DNA of 64,000 nucleotides from Dendrobates tinctorius (GCF_039654945.1 NW_027361726.1:5704001-5768000), one strand, 5' to 3'; positions 25,140 through 53,639 are shown, counted from the first letter of the stretch. Notes: generated by a model from the letters alone, not told the origin. Numbers and translations are program-made.

Positions 25140-25530
25140 AGCAAGGGCGGGGCTTAGCAGATCTGCAGGCAGAGCAGAAAGGGCGGGGCTTGTCACATCT
25201 GCAGGCAGAGCAGAAAGGGCGGGGCTTGTCACATCTGCAGGCAGAACAGAAAGGGCGGGGCTTGTCACATCTGCAGGCAGAACAGAAAGGGCGGGGCTTG
25301 TCACATCTGCAAGCAGAACAGAAAGGGCGGGGCTTGTCACATCTGCAGGCAGAGCAGAAAGGGCGGGGCTTGTCACATCTGCAGGCAGAGCAGAAAGGGC
25401 GGGGCTTGTCACATCTGCAGGCAGAGCAGAAAGGGCGGGGCTTGTCACATCTGCAGGCAGAGCAGAAAGGGCGGGGCTTGTGACAACTGCAGGCAGACCA
25501 GAGAGGGCAGGGCTTGGCACATCTGACGGA
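25140..25530. repeat. 39-bp minisatellite, about 10 copies, each with a GGGCGGGG box
   Basis: Unit gggcggggcttgtcacatctgcaggcagagcagaaa-like; 13-aa periodic ORFs. Confidence 0.95.
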
Positions 25531-25877
25531 AGTGGGGCGGGGCTGAATTTATCACTTTACAAAAAAAGTAGGGGCATACATCCATCGCTTTAGAAATGAA
25601 GGATCTTTGTCTCTTTTACAGTTATTGGAGGGAAGGATGTGTATTTACAGAGTGGGTTCTTGTTTTTTGAGGTAAGGTCAGGGGTTTGCTGCGCTACATG
25701 AAGTGGTTCATTGCTGCCCATCTCTGGGAATAGTAGCCTCACAACAGTTGGAGTGACGCAGTCTGGAGACTAATGTAGTAGATGCTGCTGACACCTGAAT
25801 TAATAAGTACACTGGCTACCAGCTGCTCTTCAGCAGCGTTCCCCTTTATCCAGACCTCTACATCTCAGTGTAGCAGA

Positions 25878-25883
25878 TTTATT
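25878..25883 (-). terminator. Candidate WARS1 polyadenylation signal
   Basis: AATAAA on the minus strand about 100 nt after the WARS1 stop codon. Confidence 0.55.
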
Positions 25884-25984
25884 ACAGGAATTTACAATGT
25901 AACTTCATAGAGTCCAGTAATGGATTGTGTGGGAACAGAACTTTGCAGACTGCATCTGCGCCATCACAGAGATTGGAAAAGTCA

Positions 25985-41734
<15,750 letters not shown>

Positions 41735-41867
41735 GATGGGGTGATGTGTGATGAAAGAATCTGCTCAATTGTCAAATAAATCAGCAACACGTGAGATTTC
41801 TGAAAATCCTAAACGGAAGAAAAAAAATAAAATAAAAAGAAATCTATTATTGTATGATATATATCTA

Positions 41868-42415
41868 GATCACGTGAAGTCATTATTTCCCTCTACTCCT
41901 CTTTGGTCAGGCCACCTCTGGAATACTGTGTCCAGTTTTGGGCACCACATTTTAAAAAAAGACATCAACAAACTGGAGCAAGTTCGGAAAAGAGCGACCA
42001 GAATGGTGACCGGTCTGCAAACCATGTCCTAAGAGGAACAGTTACAAGATTTGGGAATGTTTAGCTTGCAAAAAAGAAGACTGAGAGGAGACTTAATAGC
42101 TGTCTACAAATATTTCAAGCGCTGTCACATTGTAGAAGGATCATCTTTATTCTCATTTGCACAAGGAAAGACTAGAAGCAATGGGATGAGACTGAATGGG
42201 AGGAGACACAGATATTAGAAAAAACTTTTTGACACTGAGGGTGATCAATGAGTGGAACAGGCGGCCACGAGAGGTGGTGAGTTCTCCTTCAATGGAAGTC
42301 TTCAAACAGAGGCTGGACAGACATCTGTCTGAGATGATTTAGTGAATCCTGCTTTGAGCAGGGGGTTGGACACGATGACCCCGGGGGTCCCTTCCAACTC
42401 CAACACTCTAGAAAT
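41868..42415 (+). mobile_element. CR1 LINE 3' end
   Basis: [16 protein letters not shown]-like coding, [27 protein letters not shown], 3' UTR ggtcccttccaac. Confidence 0.88.
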
Positions 42416-42479
42416 CCATACGTCTGTAAAATTATCAATAACCGACTGACCCCCACCCCTCCCCCAATGAATATGTGAT

Positions 42480-43448
42480 GTTCAACGTGTGACTGGACAC
42501 ACCGCCTCCAGCAGGGCAAATTTCTATAACAGACGTGACCCTGGATACACCGCCTCCAGCAGGGCGAATTTAAATAATATAACGTGCAGCCGGATACACC
42601 GCCTCCAGCAGGCGAATTTCAGAATTACACATGAAACTGAATACACTGCCTCCAGCAGGGCGAATTTAAATAAGGGGAAACACCAGGGAACCCGATAAAA
42701 TGGAGGGCCCTGCGATAGGGAACGGGGACGTGGAGACCTCCTGCACTCCCCTGAGCCAGTCTCTACACTCCTAACAGTCCCTGATACAATGGAGGGCCCT
42801 GCGATAGGGAACGGGGACATGGAGACCTCCTGCACTCCCCTGAGCCAGTCTCTACACTCCTAACAGTCCCTATACAGGCTCCGCACCTGTCGCCGAGCTG
42901 GAACCTAAGAACCCTAGCTCGCCCTGCACCTAGCCCTTTCTAATGAAATGGACGGTGCAGAAACTAATCCCACCACTGCACTGAAACACACATAAGGGAA
43001 GTCACAAACAGGGATAACACCACTTAGCTTTGCTCTGTTGCAATTGCTCCCAGCAACAGAGTCCACCATAAGAATGCAGCTTTCCTCCAGAATCGCTGCT
43101 ACTTCTCCAAGCTTTGTCAGAGCTGCAAGGAACACCTCACTGTAATTCCTTCCTTCACCAGACTTACACCAGAGCTGCAAGGAACTCCTCTCTGTAGTTC
43201 CTTCCTCCACCAGACTTAGTTGGAAATTAACAATATCACCAACAGTGATTGTAACACCTGACACTCTTTTATAGCAGAGCCAGAGCAATCACACCTGCTT
43301 TATAACCACATGCACTAAACTAAAGTAACCAGAGTGCAATGACCCTAAGGGCCACTGGGTGCAAAACTATCTTTAAGCACACAGTTTAAGGAAAAAAAAA
43401 AAGGTTACTAGTGCATTTATCTGTCATAATCCAACCTGGATCATGACA
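42480..43448. mobile_element. LTR-derived sequence related to the solo LTR at 10816-11500, with internal tandem duplications
   Basis: Shared ggagacctcctgcactcccctgag, cctgtcgccgagctgga, aacaatatcaccaacagtgattg and the ...aatccaacctggatc.tgaca end; left boundary uncertain; no TSD seen. Confidence 0.75.
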
Positions 43449-43559
43449 GAAAAATTATTACACATTTTCCTGTACATGCTTCATAGCCATAAGTATGTGC
43501 ACCCCCTCTAGTCTGTGACATAAAGGCCAGACTGAACAGAAATTATTACTGGTCACATG

Positions 43560-44340
43560 AAACATCAAGTTTCGGATCAAATCTTGTAAGAGGATTGTTT
43601 GATGCCTTGGTGACAGTTTCCGCCATTTACAACAAACTGAGGGGGACAGAATGCCTGCACAGAGGCACCTTGGCTTATCACACACCACGCACGGAGGCTG
43701 CAATATTCAGCGTCATAGTGTTTGGGAGAACAATGATGAACTGGAATGACCACAAGAGGTGGAATGGAAGTCTGTCCTGTTCAGCGATGAGTCCAACTGT
43801 TGTACTGGGCACAATGACATCCGGCAATTGGGCTGGAGACCATGTATCAACACCATGAATAAACCTTCATGAGGGACAGTCACAAAGGTCCCACTCACAG
43901 GATTATGGTGTGGGGGGGCATAATGAACGGTCTTTTTTCTAAGTGCACAAACAGCTCGGTGTTATACTGATGTGTTGGTAGAACCAGAGATGTGGATATT
44001 TCTTCAGTGTCCCAGGAGCAGTTTTCCAAGAGGATAACCCCAAGCAGCATGTTGTGGGTGCTACTGTCAGCAGGCTGTGTGGCCTAAACATGCTCCCATG
44101 GCTGCAGCTTCTCCCATAGAGAACGTCTGGTCTGTCATTGGAGCCACCAGCAGAAGATCTTGATGATTTGCCCAAGTGCATTTAGTGGCAGAACCTTCCT
44201 CTGGCACCCATTAATGCCCTCAGTGACAGCAGTCGAGGCTGGAGGTGCTGGAATTTCTGCCCGTTGCTCATACTCTATGTTAATTAATTTTTGTAGATTT
44301 TTTTCACCATTTGCAGATAAGTGACATCTCCATCCTACGA
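43560..44340 (+). mobile_element. Highly decayed Tc1/mariner remnant
   Basis: Residual codons VLFSDES (about 43773), IMVWGGI (about 43902), FQEDN (about 44023). Confidence 0.55.
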
Positions 44341-44438
44341 CTTTTCCTTCCCACTGATGACTGTACTGCAGGATGTGGATGATGACCTGTGACTCATCGC
44401 TGCCATATTGGAGTTGTGCTGACATGATGGACCCCTTA

Positions 44439-44629
44439 GGGCCGCAGACAGACGGCCGTATAACTCGTGTGAGGGTCACCTCGCAATGCTCGGACTGGCG
44501 GTCTGATCTCCTGACCGGAGCGTGACAGCTGCAGACAAACACATCACACTCAGGTCAGGAGATCAGACCGCCAGTCCGAGCATTGCGAGGTGACCCTCAC
44601 ACGAGTTATACGGCCGTCTGTCTGCGCCC
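44439..44629. mobile_element. Harbinger-type hairpin MITE
   Basis: 74-bp perfect inverted arms 44443-44516 / 44553-44626; TTA/TAA flanks. Confidence 0.85.
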
Positions 44630-44632
44630 TAA

Positions 44633-44851
44633 GGCCACGTTCACACGCTCAGTATTCGGTCAGTATTTTACATCAGTATTTGTTACTAGGAGTGGAGAAA
44701 AATACAGAAATTAATAATAATAATAATAATATTAAGTGGTGACGAGTTTCTGGACTTTGACCAGATGTTTTCAGAAATGGAATAAAAGCGGTTTCATCCT
44801 GTGAGAATATTCTGGCGCCTCGGTTCTTTCTGAATCCGTGTGAACGTGGCC
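44633..44851. mobile_element. Harbinger-type MITE abutting the previous one
   Basis: ggccacgttcacacg...cgtgtgaacgtggcc; TAA on both sides. Confidence 0.85.
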
Positions 44852-44914
44852 TAATACACAGGATCAGGCCAGAGACCCCCGTACAACCCGCTGCCCCTAC
44901 AGACGCCGCCTTAC

Positions 44915-45260
44915 CTCCTTCCCCGTGTGACACAAACAGCCGGTGTCTGGATGCTGCAATCTCAGGTTCCGCCCACCGTGCACCGTGCGATACGTCCCTG
45001 TGGAAACATGACGATCACAAAGGTTCCTACCTTCTCCCAGGAAGCCGTCATAGCTGCAGACAGAACTACAGCGTACACCGCGTTATAGAGAACCGAGCTG
45101 TAGAACGGAAGAGATTCCCAGTGCACCGGGGTGGTGGTCGCAGATCGGAACTCTGCTCGGAGCTTTCTTTTCCGGGGGATGGATTTGTATCGGGACATGA
45201 TCAGTGCAGTGTCAGTGATGGATTAGAGCAGTTCCCAGCATGCAGTGCAGCTGTCACTGA
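44915..45260. promoter_or_regulatory. Probable bidirectional WARS1/WDR25 promoter with non-coding first exons
   Basis: CpG-rich unique island between divergent genes; minus-strand donors GAG|GTAAGG (44915) and AAG|GTAGGA (45031); plus-strand donor GA|GTGAGT (45260/61); several CGGAA ETS cores. Confidence 0.65.
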
Positions 45261-45315
45261 GTGAGTGGGGTCCTGTGTGTACAGTGAGGGGCGATGGTGG
45301 CTAGATATGTAATGT

Positions 45316-46555
45316 ACAGGCGCCGGCAGAGTGGTGGTCTCTCATTGCTGGCGCCGGCAGAGTGGTGGTCTCTCATTACAGGCGCCGGCAGAGTGGTGGT
45401 CTCTCATTGCTGGCGCCGGCAGAGTGGTGGTCTCTCATTACGGGCGCCGGCAGAGTGGTGGTCTCTCATTGCTGGCGCCGGCAGAGTGGTGGTCTCTCAT
45501 TACAGGCGCCGGCAGAGTGGTGGTCTCTCATTACAGATGCCGGCAGAGTGGTGGTCTCTCATTACAGGCGCCGGCAGAGTGGTGGTCTCTCATTACAGGC
45601 GCCGGCAGAGTGGTGGTCTCTCATTACAGGCGCCGGCAGAGTGGTGGTCTCTCATTACAGGCGCCGGCAGAGTGGTGGTCTCTCATTACAGGCGCCGGCA
45701 GAGTGGTGGTCTCTCATTACAGGCGCCGGCAGAGTGGTGGTCTCTCATTACAGGCGCCGGCAGAGTGGTGGTCTCTCATTACTGGCGCCGGCAGAGTGGT
45801 GGTCTCTCATTACAGTGCCGGCAGAGTGGTGGTCTCTCATTACAGGCGCCGGCAGAGTGGTGGTCTCTCATTACAGTGCCGGCAGAGTGGTGGTCTCTCA
45901 TTACAGGCTCCGGCAGAGTGGTGGCCTCTCATTGCTGGCGCCGGCAGAGTGGTGGTCTCTCATTGCTGGCGCCGGCAGAGTGGTGGTCTCTCATTGCTGG
46001 CGCCGGCAGAGTGGTGGTCTCTCATTGCTGGCGCCGGCAGAGTGGTGGTCTCTCATTGCTGGCGCCGGCAGAGTGGTGGTCTCTCATTGCTGGCGCCGGC
46101 AGAGTGGTGGTCTCTCATTACAGGCGCCGGCAGAGTGGTGGTCTCTCATTACAGGCGCCGGCAGAGTGGTGGTCTCTCATTACAGGCTCCGGCAGAGTGG
46201 TGTTCTCTCATTACAGGCTCCGGCAGAGTGGTGTTCTCTCATTACAGGCGCCGGCAGATTGGTGGTCTCTCATTACAGGCGCCGGCAGAGTGGTGGTCTC
46301 TCATTACAGGCGCCGGCAGAGTGGTGGTCTCTCATTACAGTGCCGGCAGAGTGGTGGTCTCTCATTACAGGCTCCGGCAGAGTGGTGTTCTCTCATTACA
46401 GGCGCCGGCAGAGTGGTGGTCTCTCATTACAGGCGCCGGCAGAGTGGTGGTCTCTCATTACAGGCTCCGGCAGAGTGGTGTTCTCTCATTACAGGCGCCG
46501 GCAGAGTGCTGGTCTCTCATTACAGGCGCCGGCAGAGTGGTGTTCTCTCATTACT
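45316..46555. repeat. 31-bp minisatellite, about 40 copies
   Basis: Unit acaggcgccggcagagtggtggtctctcatt with a few recurring variants. Confidence 0.97.
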
Positions 46556-46731
46556 GGGGCTTTAAAAGTTGTGTTCTCCTCACAGCTGGGGCCTGGAAAG
46601 AGCAATCTCTGCAGCGGTGGCGAAGACCTTGCGTCTATATCTGTTTAGAGAGTCTGCTCACTTTTTTTTTTTTGTATATAGAGAGGCTGGCTTGGGGCTG
46701 TGTCCTTGTGGGATTGAGACAGGTCATTATA

Positions 46732-48316
46732 CAGTGGGGGAAATAAGTGTTTGATACCTTGCTGATTTTGTAAGTTTGCCCACTGACAGAGACATGAACA
46801 GTCTATAATTTTAAGGGTAGGTTAATTTTAACATTGAGAGATAGAACATCAAAAATAAAATCCAGAAAATCACATTGTATAAATTATATAAGTTTATTTG
46901 CATTTTACAGTGAGAGATAAGTATTTTATCCCCTACCAACCATTAAGAGTTCTGGCTCCTACAGACCAGTTAGACGCTCCTAATCAACTCGTTACCTGCA
47001 TTAAAGGCAGCTGTCTTACATAGTCACCTTTATAAAAGACTCCTGTCCACAGACTCAATTAATCAGGCAGACTCTAACCTCTACAACATAGGCAAGACCA
47101 AAGAGCATTCTAAGGATGTCAGGGACAAGATCATAGACCTGCACAAAGCTGCAATGGGCTACAAAACCATACGTAAGATGCTGGGTGAGAAGGAGACAAC
47201 TGTTGGTGCAATAGTAAGAAAATGGAAGAAATACAAAATGACTGTCAACAGACACCGATCTGGGGCACCATGCAAAATCTCACCTCCTGGGGTATCCTTG
47301 ATCATAAGGAAGGTGAGAGATCAGCCTAAAACTACATAGGGGAACTTGTTAATGATCTCATGGCAGCTGGGCCTACAGTCACTAAGAAAACCATTGGTAA
47401 CACATTACGCCGTAAAGGTTTAAAATCCTGCAGTGCTCTCAAGGTCCCCCTGCTCAAGAACGCACATGTGCAGGCCCGTCTGAAGTTTGCCAATGAACAC
47501 CTGGATGATTCTATGAGTGACTGGGAGAAGGTGCTGTGGTCAGATGAGACAAAAATTGAGCTCTTTGGCATTAACTCAACTCGCTGTGTTTGGGGGAAGA
47601 GAAATTCTACCTATGACCCAAAGAACACCATCCCCACTTTCAAGCATGGAGGTGGAAACATTATGTTTTGGGGGTATTTCTCTGCTAAGGGCACAGGACT
47701 ACGTCACCTCATCAATGGGAGAATGGATGGAGCCATGTACCGTAAAATCCTGAGTGATAACCTCCTTCCCTCTGCCAGGACATACAAAATGTGTCGTGAC
47801 TGGGTCTTCCTGCGAAACAATGACGAAAACATACAGCCAAGGAAACAAAGGAGTGGCTCAAAAAGAACCACATTAAGGTCATGGAGTAGCCTAGCCAGTC
47901 TCCAGACCTTACTCCTAGAAAACTTATGGAGGAAGTTGAAGCTCCGAGTTGCCAAGCGACAGCCTCAAAATCTTACTGAGATGATCTGCAAAGAGGAGTG
48001 GACCAAAATTCCTCCTGACATGTGCACTAACCTCATCATCAACTACAAAAAACGCCTGACTGCTGTGCTTGCCAACAAGGGTTTTGCCATCAAGCATTAA
48101 GTCTTGTTTGCCAGAGGGATCAAATACTTATTTCTCACTGCAAAATGCAAATAAATTTATATAATTAATACAATATGATTTTCTGGATTTTATTCTTGAT
48201 ATTCTATCTCTCAATGTTAAAATTAACCTACACTTAAAATTATAGACGTTTCATGACTTTGTCAGTGGGCAAACTTAGAAAATCAGCAAGGGATCAAATA
48301 CTTATTTTCCCCACTG
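46732..48316 (+). mobile_element. Near full-length, frameshifted long-TIR Tc1-like transposon
   Basis: cagtggg.gaaataagt TIRs of about 200 bp; TA duplication; start codon appears mutated to ATA near 47088 ([14 protein letters not shown]); WSDETKIELFG, HGGGNIMFWG; several frameshifts. Confidence 0.92.
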
Positions 48317-49151
48317 TATGTTTAAGGGGCTGACATGGGGGTCTGTATCTGTTTAGTGGTGTTTGTGCAGCGTCTGACTCAATGTCTCTTTGTTTAGGGG
48401 GCTTACCTGGGTCTGTTTTGTGTTAGGGGGACTGGTCTGGGGTCTGTATTTGTTTAGGTCTGAGGGGAAGGTTTGTGCCAGCTTGGGGTCTGTCGTAATT
48501 TCTTTTTGTGTTGAAGGTGGTCATGTATACCATTTGTGAATCGAGTCTTGTCGAAGTTGGCAAGAATGATGTAGACTTATTTCATTCACTGAGTGCAAGA
48601 ATGGATCTTAATAAGGAAGAGGAAGTGTATTAGAAAGCTGCAGTGGGTTTTAGTATTTGGTAACCTGCACCTATCGGGCCCCTGATGCCGATCTATAAGG
48701 ATGTCATTACATGTGATGATGTAGCCAGTGTATATGCATGTATTTATGTATATGTGTGCAGGATGGACTGGCAATTCTGGCAAATGCCAGAAGGGCCTGT
48801 CTGGTTGTGGGCCTTGTCTGCTGCATTGTTAGTAGAATCAGTGTTCTCAAGACCCCCCATACTGTTAAGAGTTGTGTCGGAGCACAGTCGTTGACTCCGT
48901 GTCTCACCTCAGCAGGCCACAGGTATCATTAGAAATATTGGTCTTGTAGTAAATCTTGCTTTCCTCCATCCATGGTAATATTAGTAGTAATTTATCCCAT
49001 CTGGCGCTTGGGGACGGTGTCCGCATGGGCCTGCGTGTTTTAAAATGCCAGGACTGAATTTCAGCCCCAGTCCGTACCTGTATGTGTGTATATATCCTCA
49101 TGTTTCTCCGTATCTTTGTATCATCAGGGTCTTTTCTTCTTGTTTCCAAGA

Positions 49152-49766
49152 ATGAACTCATTAGTGGCTTATGATGACTCCGATTCGGAGACAGAAGATG
49201 ATGGACGCCCCCATACGCCCCAAGTCACTGAAGCAAAACATGCACGGGAGCAGCATCACCAGACACAAGGTGACCCTTCTGTGTGCCCCACAAGCTTTGC
49301 TAGGTTGATCGACTCCTCGTCTTCTGGCACAGGCTTCATCCTGACACATCAGAACTCTGCGCACAACTCAAATTATAATGCTACATATAAGAAGGGACTG
49401 AGTAATTCTGCAATGAAGACCTCCGTTTTGTCCTCTCAGAAGAGACCTCTGACCGGTGGTGGAGGGGTGGTGAAGCCTTACGTTCCTAAAAGACTGAGAT
49501 CAGAACAATCCAATATGGCGGCAGAGGTTGAAAGTGATGCATCCACAGCGTCTCATGACCACATAAGCCGCTCTGCTAGGAATGTCTACAGAGTCTCCGA
49601 TTATCTTGGACCTCATTTATCTCTAAAGTACAGCAGCAGTGGAATTCCTAAAAAGGTGATTTTCCAGATGAAGGGGCATACGGGTCCGGTGAACCGGGTC
49701 CAGTGGTGTCCAGTAAAATCATCCAGTCATTTACTGCTCTCCGCATCCATGGACGGAACATGCAAG
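49152..49766 (+). CDS. WDR25: WD repeat-containing protein 25, first coding exon (205 codons); later exons not found in the window
   Basis: MNSLVAYDDSDSE, V.PYVPKRLR, GHTGPVNRVQWCPV...HLLLSASMDGTCK; acceptor at 49150, donor AAG|GTAACA; head-to-head with WARS1. Confidence 0.93.
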
Positions 49767-50800
49767 GTAACAATCTAACGCCTTCTAAATACATCACATA
49801 GATTTTTAAAGGGGTATCCCCATCTTACAAAGGGATGGCATATCAGTAGGATATAGTGATGGCTTGACAGCTGTGAACCCCCCCCCCCCCCCCCCGTTGA
49901 TCGTGAGAGCCAATGGACTGCAGTCCTGATAAAGTAGTGTCGCCCCTTCATTTTCAGGATTGGTGAGGATAGACCCCCTCCGATCATAAACGCTAGATCT
50001 CTAGAATGTGCCATTACTTTGAAATGAGAATACTGTTTTTAAGCAATATTGACTTATTTAAAGGGAGTGTGTCACACCCAAAATGCTGACTAATAACCTA
50101 TGTTATAGTGTAGGTGTTGGTGCACCCTTGATGTGGCCAAGAGTTCAGTGCACCATTACGCCCCTTCAGTTATAATGCTGAGTACTGTCTTGATTGCCGA
50201 TGCCTAAACTCTAGCCGCACTTACATAGTGCTGCCTTCTGTCTGCAGTACTGTACCGAGCAATGGCCACAGACAAGAGCCAGCGGTGAGAGTCAGCAGTG
50301 ATGCTGCATGAGTGTGGTTCCAGTGTCCTGCGGTGGTGCACAGCCACTGACTTGAGTTCAGCGCTGTCGATTAAGATATGATAATCAGCGTCTCTGCACC
50401 CGCATGGTCACTGGAGCCTTGCTAACATAGTGGTGCACTTTGTAGAAGCTTCAAATATGAATTGTGGATCAGGCAACAGTGCTATCCGACCTGCTCCTGT
50501 ACCCTTATCTTTGGTCATTTCCATTCAAGCCTAAAATGGAATTGCTACTTAAATTTACACGGCTATATTCATTCCAAATGGTTCTTGGTGCCCATATTAA
50601 CCAATCACAGTGTAGTGCGTTCTGGTGGTTGTGTAAGATGCAGTCCTAATGAAGAGGAGTTGTGTAAGATTACAGGTAGCGCCACCCCGATAACTTTGCA
50701 ATATGCCATAAAGTGGAGAATAAATTATAAAACTCATGGGTAAGCAGCAGCAGCAAATTAAATGTTGGTGCTTTATTTGGAGAGGTCATTCTGCCTCTAA

Positions 50801-51215
50801 AGCTAGTTTCACACTAGCGGTTTTTGCCAGCAGCGCACGCCGCCGCTAAGCCCTGCACCCTCCGGTCATCCCCGCCTAGTATCGCACACGGCTGCATGCG
50901 ATCTGCACACCCTATCTTTAGCATATGGTGCGCTGACCGTGCGCTAGTAGAATTTAGCGTGCGCTGCGCCCTTTTGACGATGCTCCGAGCGCGCTAAAAT
51001 GCAACATGGTGCGTTCGGCGCGCACCGTCAAAAGGGCGCAGCGCACGCTAAATTCTACTAGCGCACGGTCTGAGCACCCTATGCTAAAGATAGGGTGTGC
51101 AGATCGCATGCAGCCGTGTGCAATACTAGGCGGAGATGACCGGAGGAGGCGGGCAGGGGACGGGGCTTAGCGGCGGCGTGCGCTGCTGGCAAAAACCGCT
51201 AGTGTGAAACTAGCC
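50801..51215. mobile_element. Harbinger-type MITE, almost fully palindromic
   Basis: About 200-bp inverted arms (a)gctagtttcacactagcgg...ccgctagtgtgaaactagcc; TAA/TTA flanks. Confidence 0.88.
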
Positions 51216-52359
51216 TTACAGATGACTAGTGTCATACCAAAAACATGTACTCTTGAATAAGCCCCCCTTGTAGTGGTAGTCGTCATTCTTGATGGCATAA
51301 CTATCAGGATTTGCATAAGCATGGAACGATCCTCAGGGCTGTCTTATGTGTGCGCCTAAATGTTGGCAGCACCCACCTAGAGTACAGAGGCCGGCCAGCC
51401 ATTTCATGTATGTGGGGACCCTCCCAACTCATCCTTATTGGCAGGTGTCTATGGAAAGAAGGATTGGGCATGTTTAATTTCAACATGCTTCATCCTTTTT
51501 CTTTCTTTTTTTTATTTCTTTACACTCAGGTGAGATAACTTTGTCGGCAGCTTATCTAACAGCTTACCCCTTTTTACCAGATACCAAGATACCTATCCAT
51601 GGTGCTGATTGAAATCCACAGTATCAATTACCATGCTAAAATGATTTTTTTTCACTTGGATTTAAAAGTGAATTCTGTCCATAATTCCATATAAAGTCCA
51701 CTTTAAACAGTTTTTTTAATATCCTCCCTATTCATCCCAATGGGAAAATCACATTGCTGTTTTTTTTCTGACAAAGTTTTAAAAATTTCCGTGAAAACAA
51801 CCCCCAGAAATATAATGTCACAACTATTCCGATTCTATGTTGTATACAAACTTTCCATTTAGGTCAGAGGCTGCAAAAAAATAAATAAAAGCGTGAAAAC
51901 CTAAAAAACTTTGAAATCTGCGTTTAGAAAGCCATATGGTATTCTGATGCCGATTTCTAGCAAGTTTGGATTTCTACACATTAAAAAACTTTTGCTCCCG
52001 TTTCATCAAATCTGCTGGTGTAAGATCCCCCAACTTATTTAGAAGAAGGGCGCCTTTTAATAAATCTGTCGCATCGCCCCGCTCTGGTGCGTCAGCGGAA
52101 GGAATGTACTACAGTCAGGACCGGAGAACATTTTTGACGGAATTTACATCACTTTTATGGTATAAGTTGTGATGAATTTGGGGTGTTTATCTTTTACCTC
52201 CAGAGGGCGCCATTTGATTAGAATAAATGATATTTTTTGCCGTTCTGTATTAGTGACCCTGACAGCACACCATGGTCAAACTTTGGATCAGTGTCCCATT
52301 TCCTTTCTTTGTTAATATGTTGAACATTTCTTCGGAAAGGATTATGTTGGTTCTCATTA

Positions 52360-53243
52360 GGCTGTGTGCCCACATTGTGTTTTTTAAGCGTTTCCGCAGC
52401 GGCAAGGCCTTAAAAAACGCTAGATAATACGCATCCCATGCAGTCCTATGGGATTCCGCAGTTGCTGTGCCAATGCTGCGGATTTTTCCGCTGCAGAATC
52501 GCATTGCTGAAAAATCCGCAGCATGTCCATTAACTGTGCGGAATTGCGGCGGTTCCGCCGCCATAGGATTGCATTGAAACGCTCAGTTTACGCATGTGAC
52601 TATGCCCACCATGCGTAAAGTGAGCGCTTCATGTGCAGATGGTACCCAGGGTCTGGAGGAGAGGAGACTCTCCTCAATGCCCTGTGTACCATATTCCTGT
52701 AAAAAATAGAATTAAAATAAAAAATAGGGATATACTTGCCCTCTGTCAGCCCCCGGAGTCATCCCGGTCCTCAGCGGTGCTTCCCAGGTGTGCTTTGCGA
52801 CAAAATGACCTTTGTGACGTCAAGGTCATTCTCGCAAAGCACGTCTGTGAACGGAACGGACCGGGAGCGCCGCTGAGGACTGGGAGCGCCACTGAGGAGA
52901 TCGGGGGCTGCCAGAAGGTGAGTATATCCATATTTTTTTATTTTTTTTTTAAATTATTTTTGACATTCTGTCTTTTATTACTGATGCTGCATAGGCAGCC
53001 TCAATAGTAAAAAGTTGGTCACACTTGTCAAGCACTATGCCTGACAAGTGTGACCAACCTGTCAATCACTTTTCCAAGCGATGCTTCAAAGCGCTTGAAT
53101 TCCGCAAGCTAAAAACGCTTGCATAATATTTGTATTTTGCGGGAAAACGCATGCGAATTCCGCATGCGTTTTACCCCGTGGCGGAGAGTTGCGCAAATGC
53201 TGCGGACAATTCCGCAACATTTCTGCAACATGGGCACATAGCC
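52360..53243. mobile_element. Harbinger-type non-autonomous element
   Basis: ggctgtgtgccca...tgggcacatagcc; TTA duplication; internal palindrome about 52700-52940. Confidence 0.8.
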
Positions 53244-53639
53244 TTAATTGGCTGCAGCATGGTGACGTTTAGTTACGTCTACTTGGCCGCCTACTTCTTG
53301 GGCCTAGTGTCACTAAACTGCCTCAGAAAAGCTGGGACGTTGTTGCTAGTGGCAACCAATGAGATTGCAGATTTCATTTTGCACTCTGCATCTGTAAAAT
53401 GAAATGTGAGCTCTGATTGGTTGCTATGGGTGACCAGGCCTACTATCTCTCTGTACATGAGGCCCTGTGCAGTAAATGTCAGGGAACTGTACACTTTGAA
53501 GTCAGATTATAAATAAGGGACATGTGAGAGGTTCCACAGGGTGAAATAAGGCTATATGTCCTACCTATTTGTTTAGGGCACGTCTCATGTTACATATTAC
53601 CTCATTCAGCACATCAAAAAATTAATAGATGTCTTAAAC

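Noticed and set aside
45031-45045. GAS (STAT1) site in the WARS1 promoter
   Set aside because: ctcccaggaa does not fit TTCnnnGAA.
45294-46746. Three overlapping ORFs of more than 420 aa; CRISPR-like appearance
   Set aside because: Products of a stop-free 31-bp minisatellite; no unique spacers, no cas genes, eukaryotic context.
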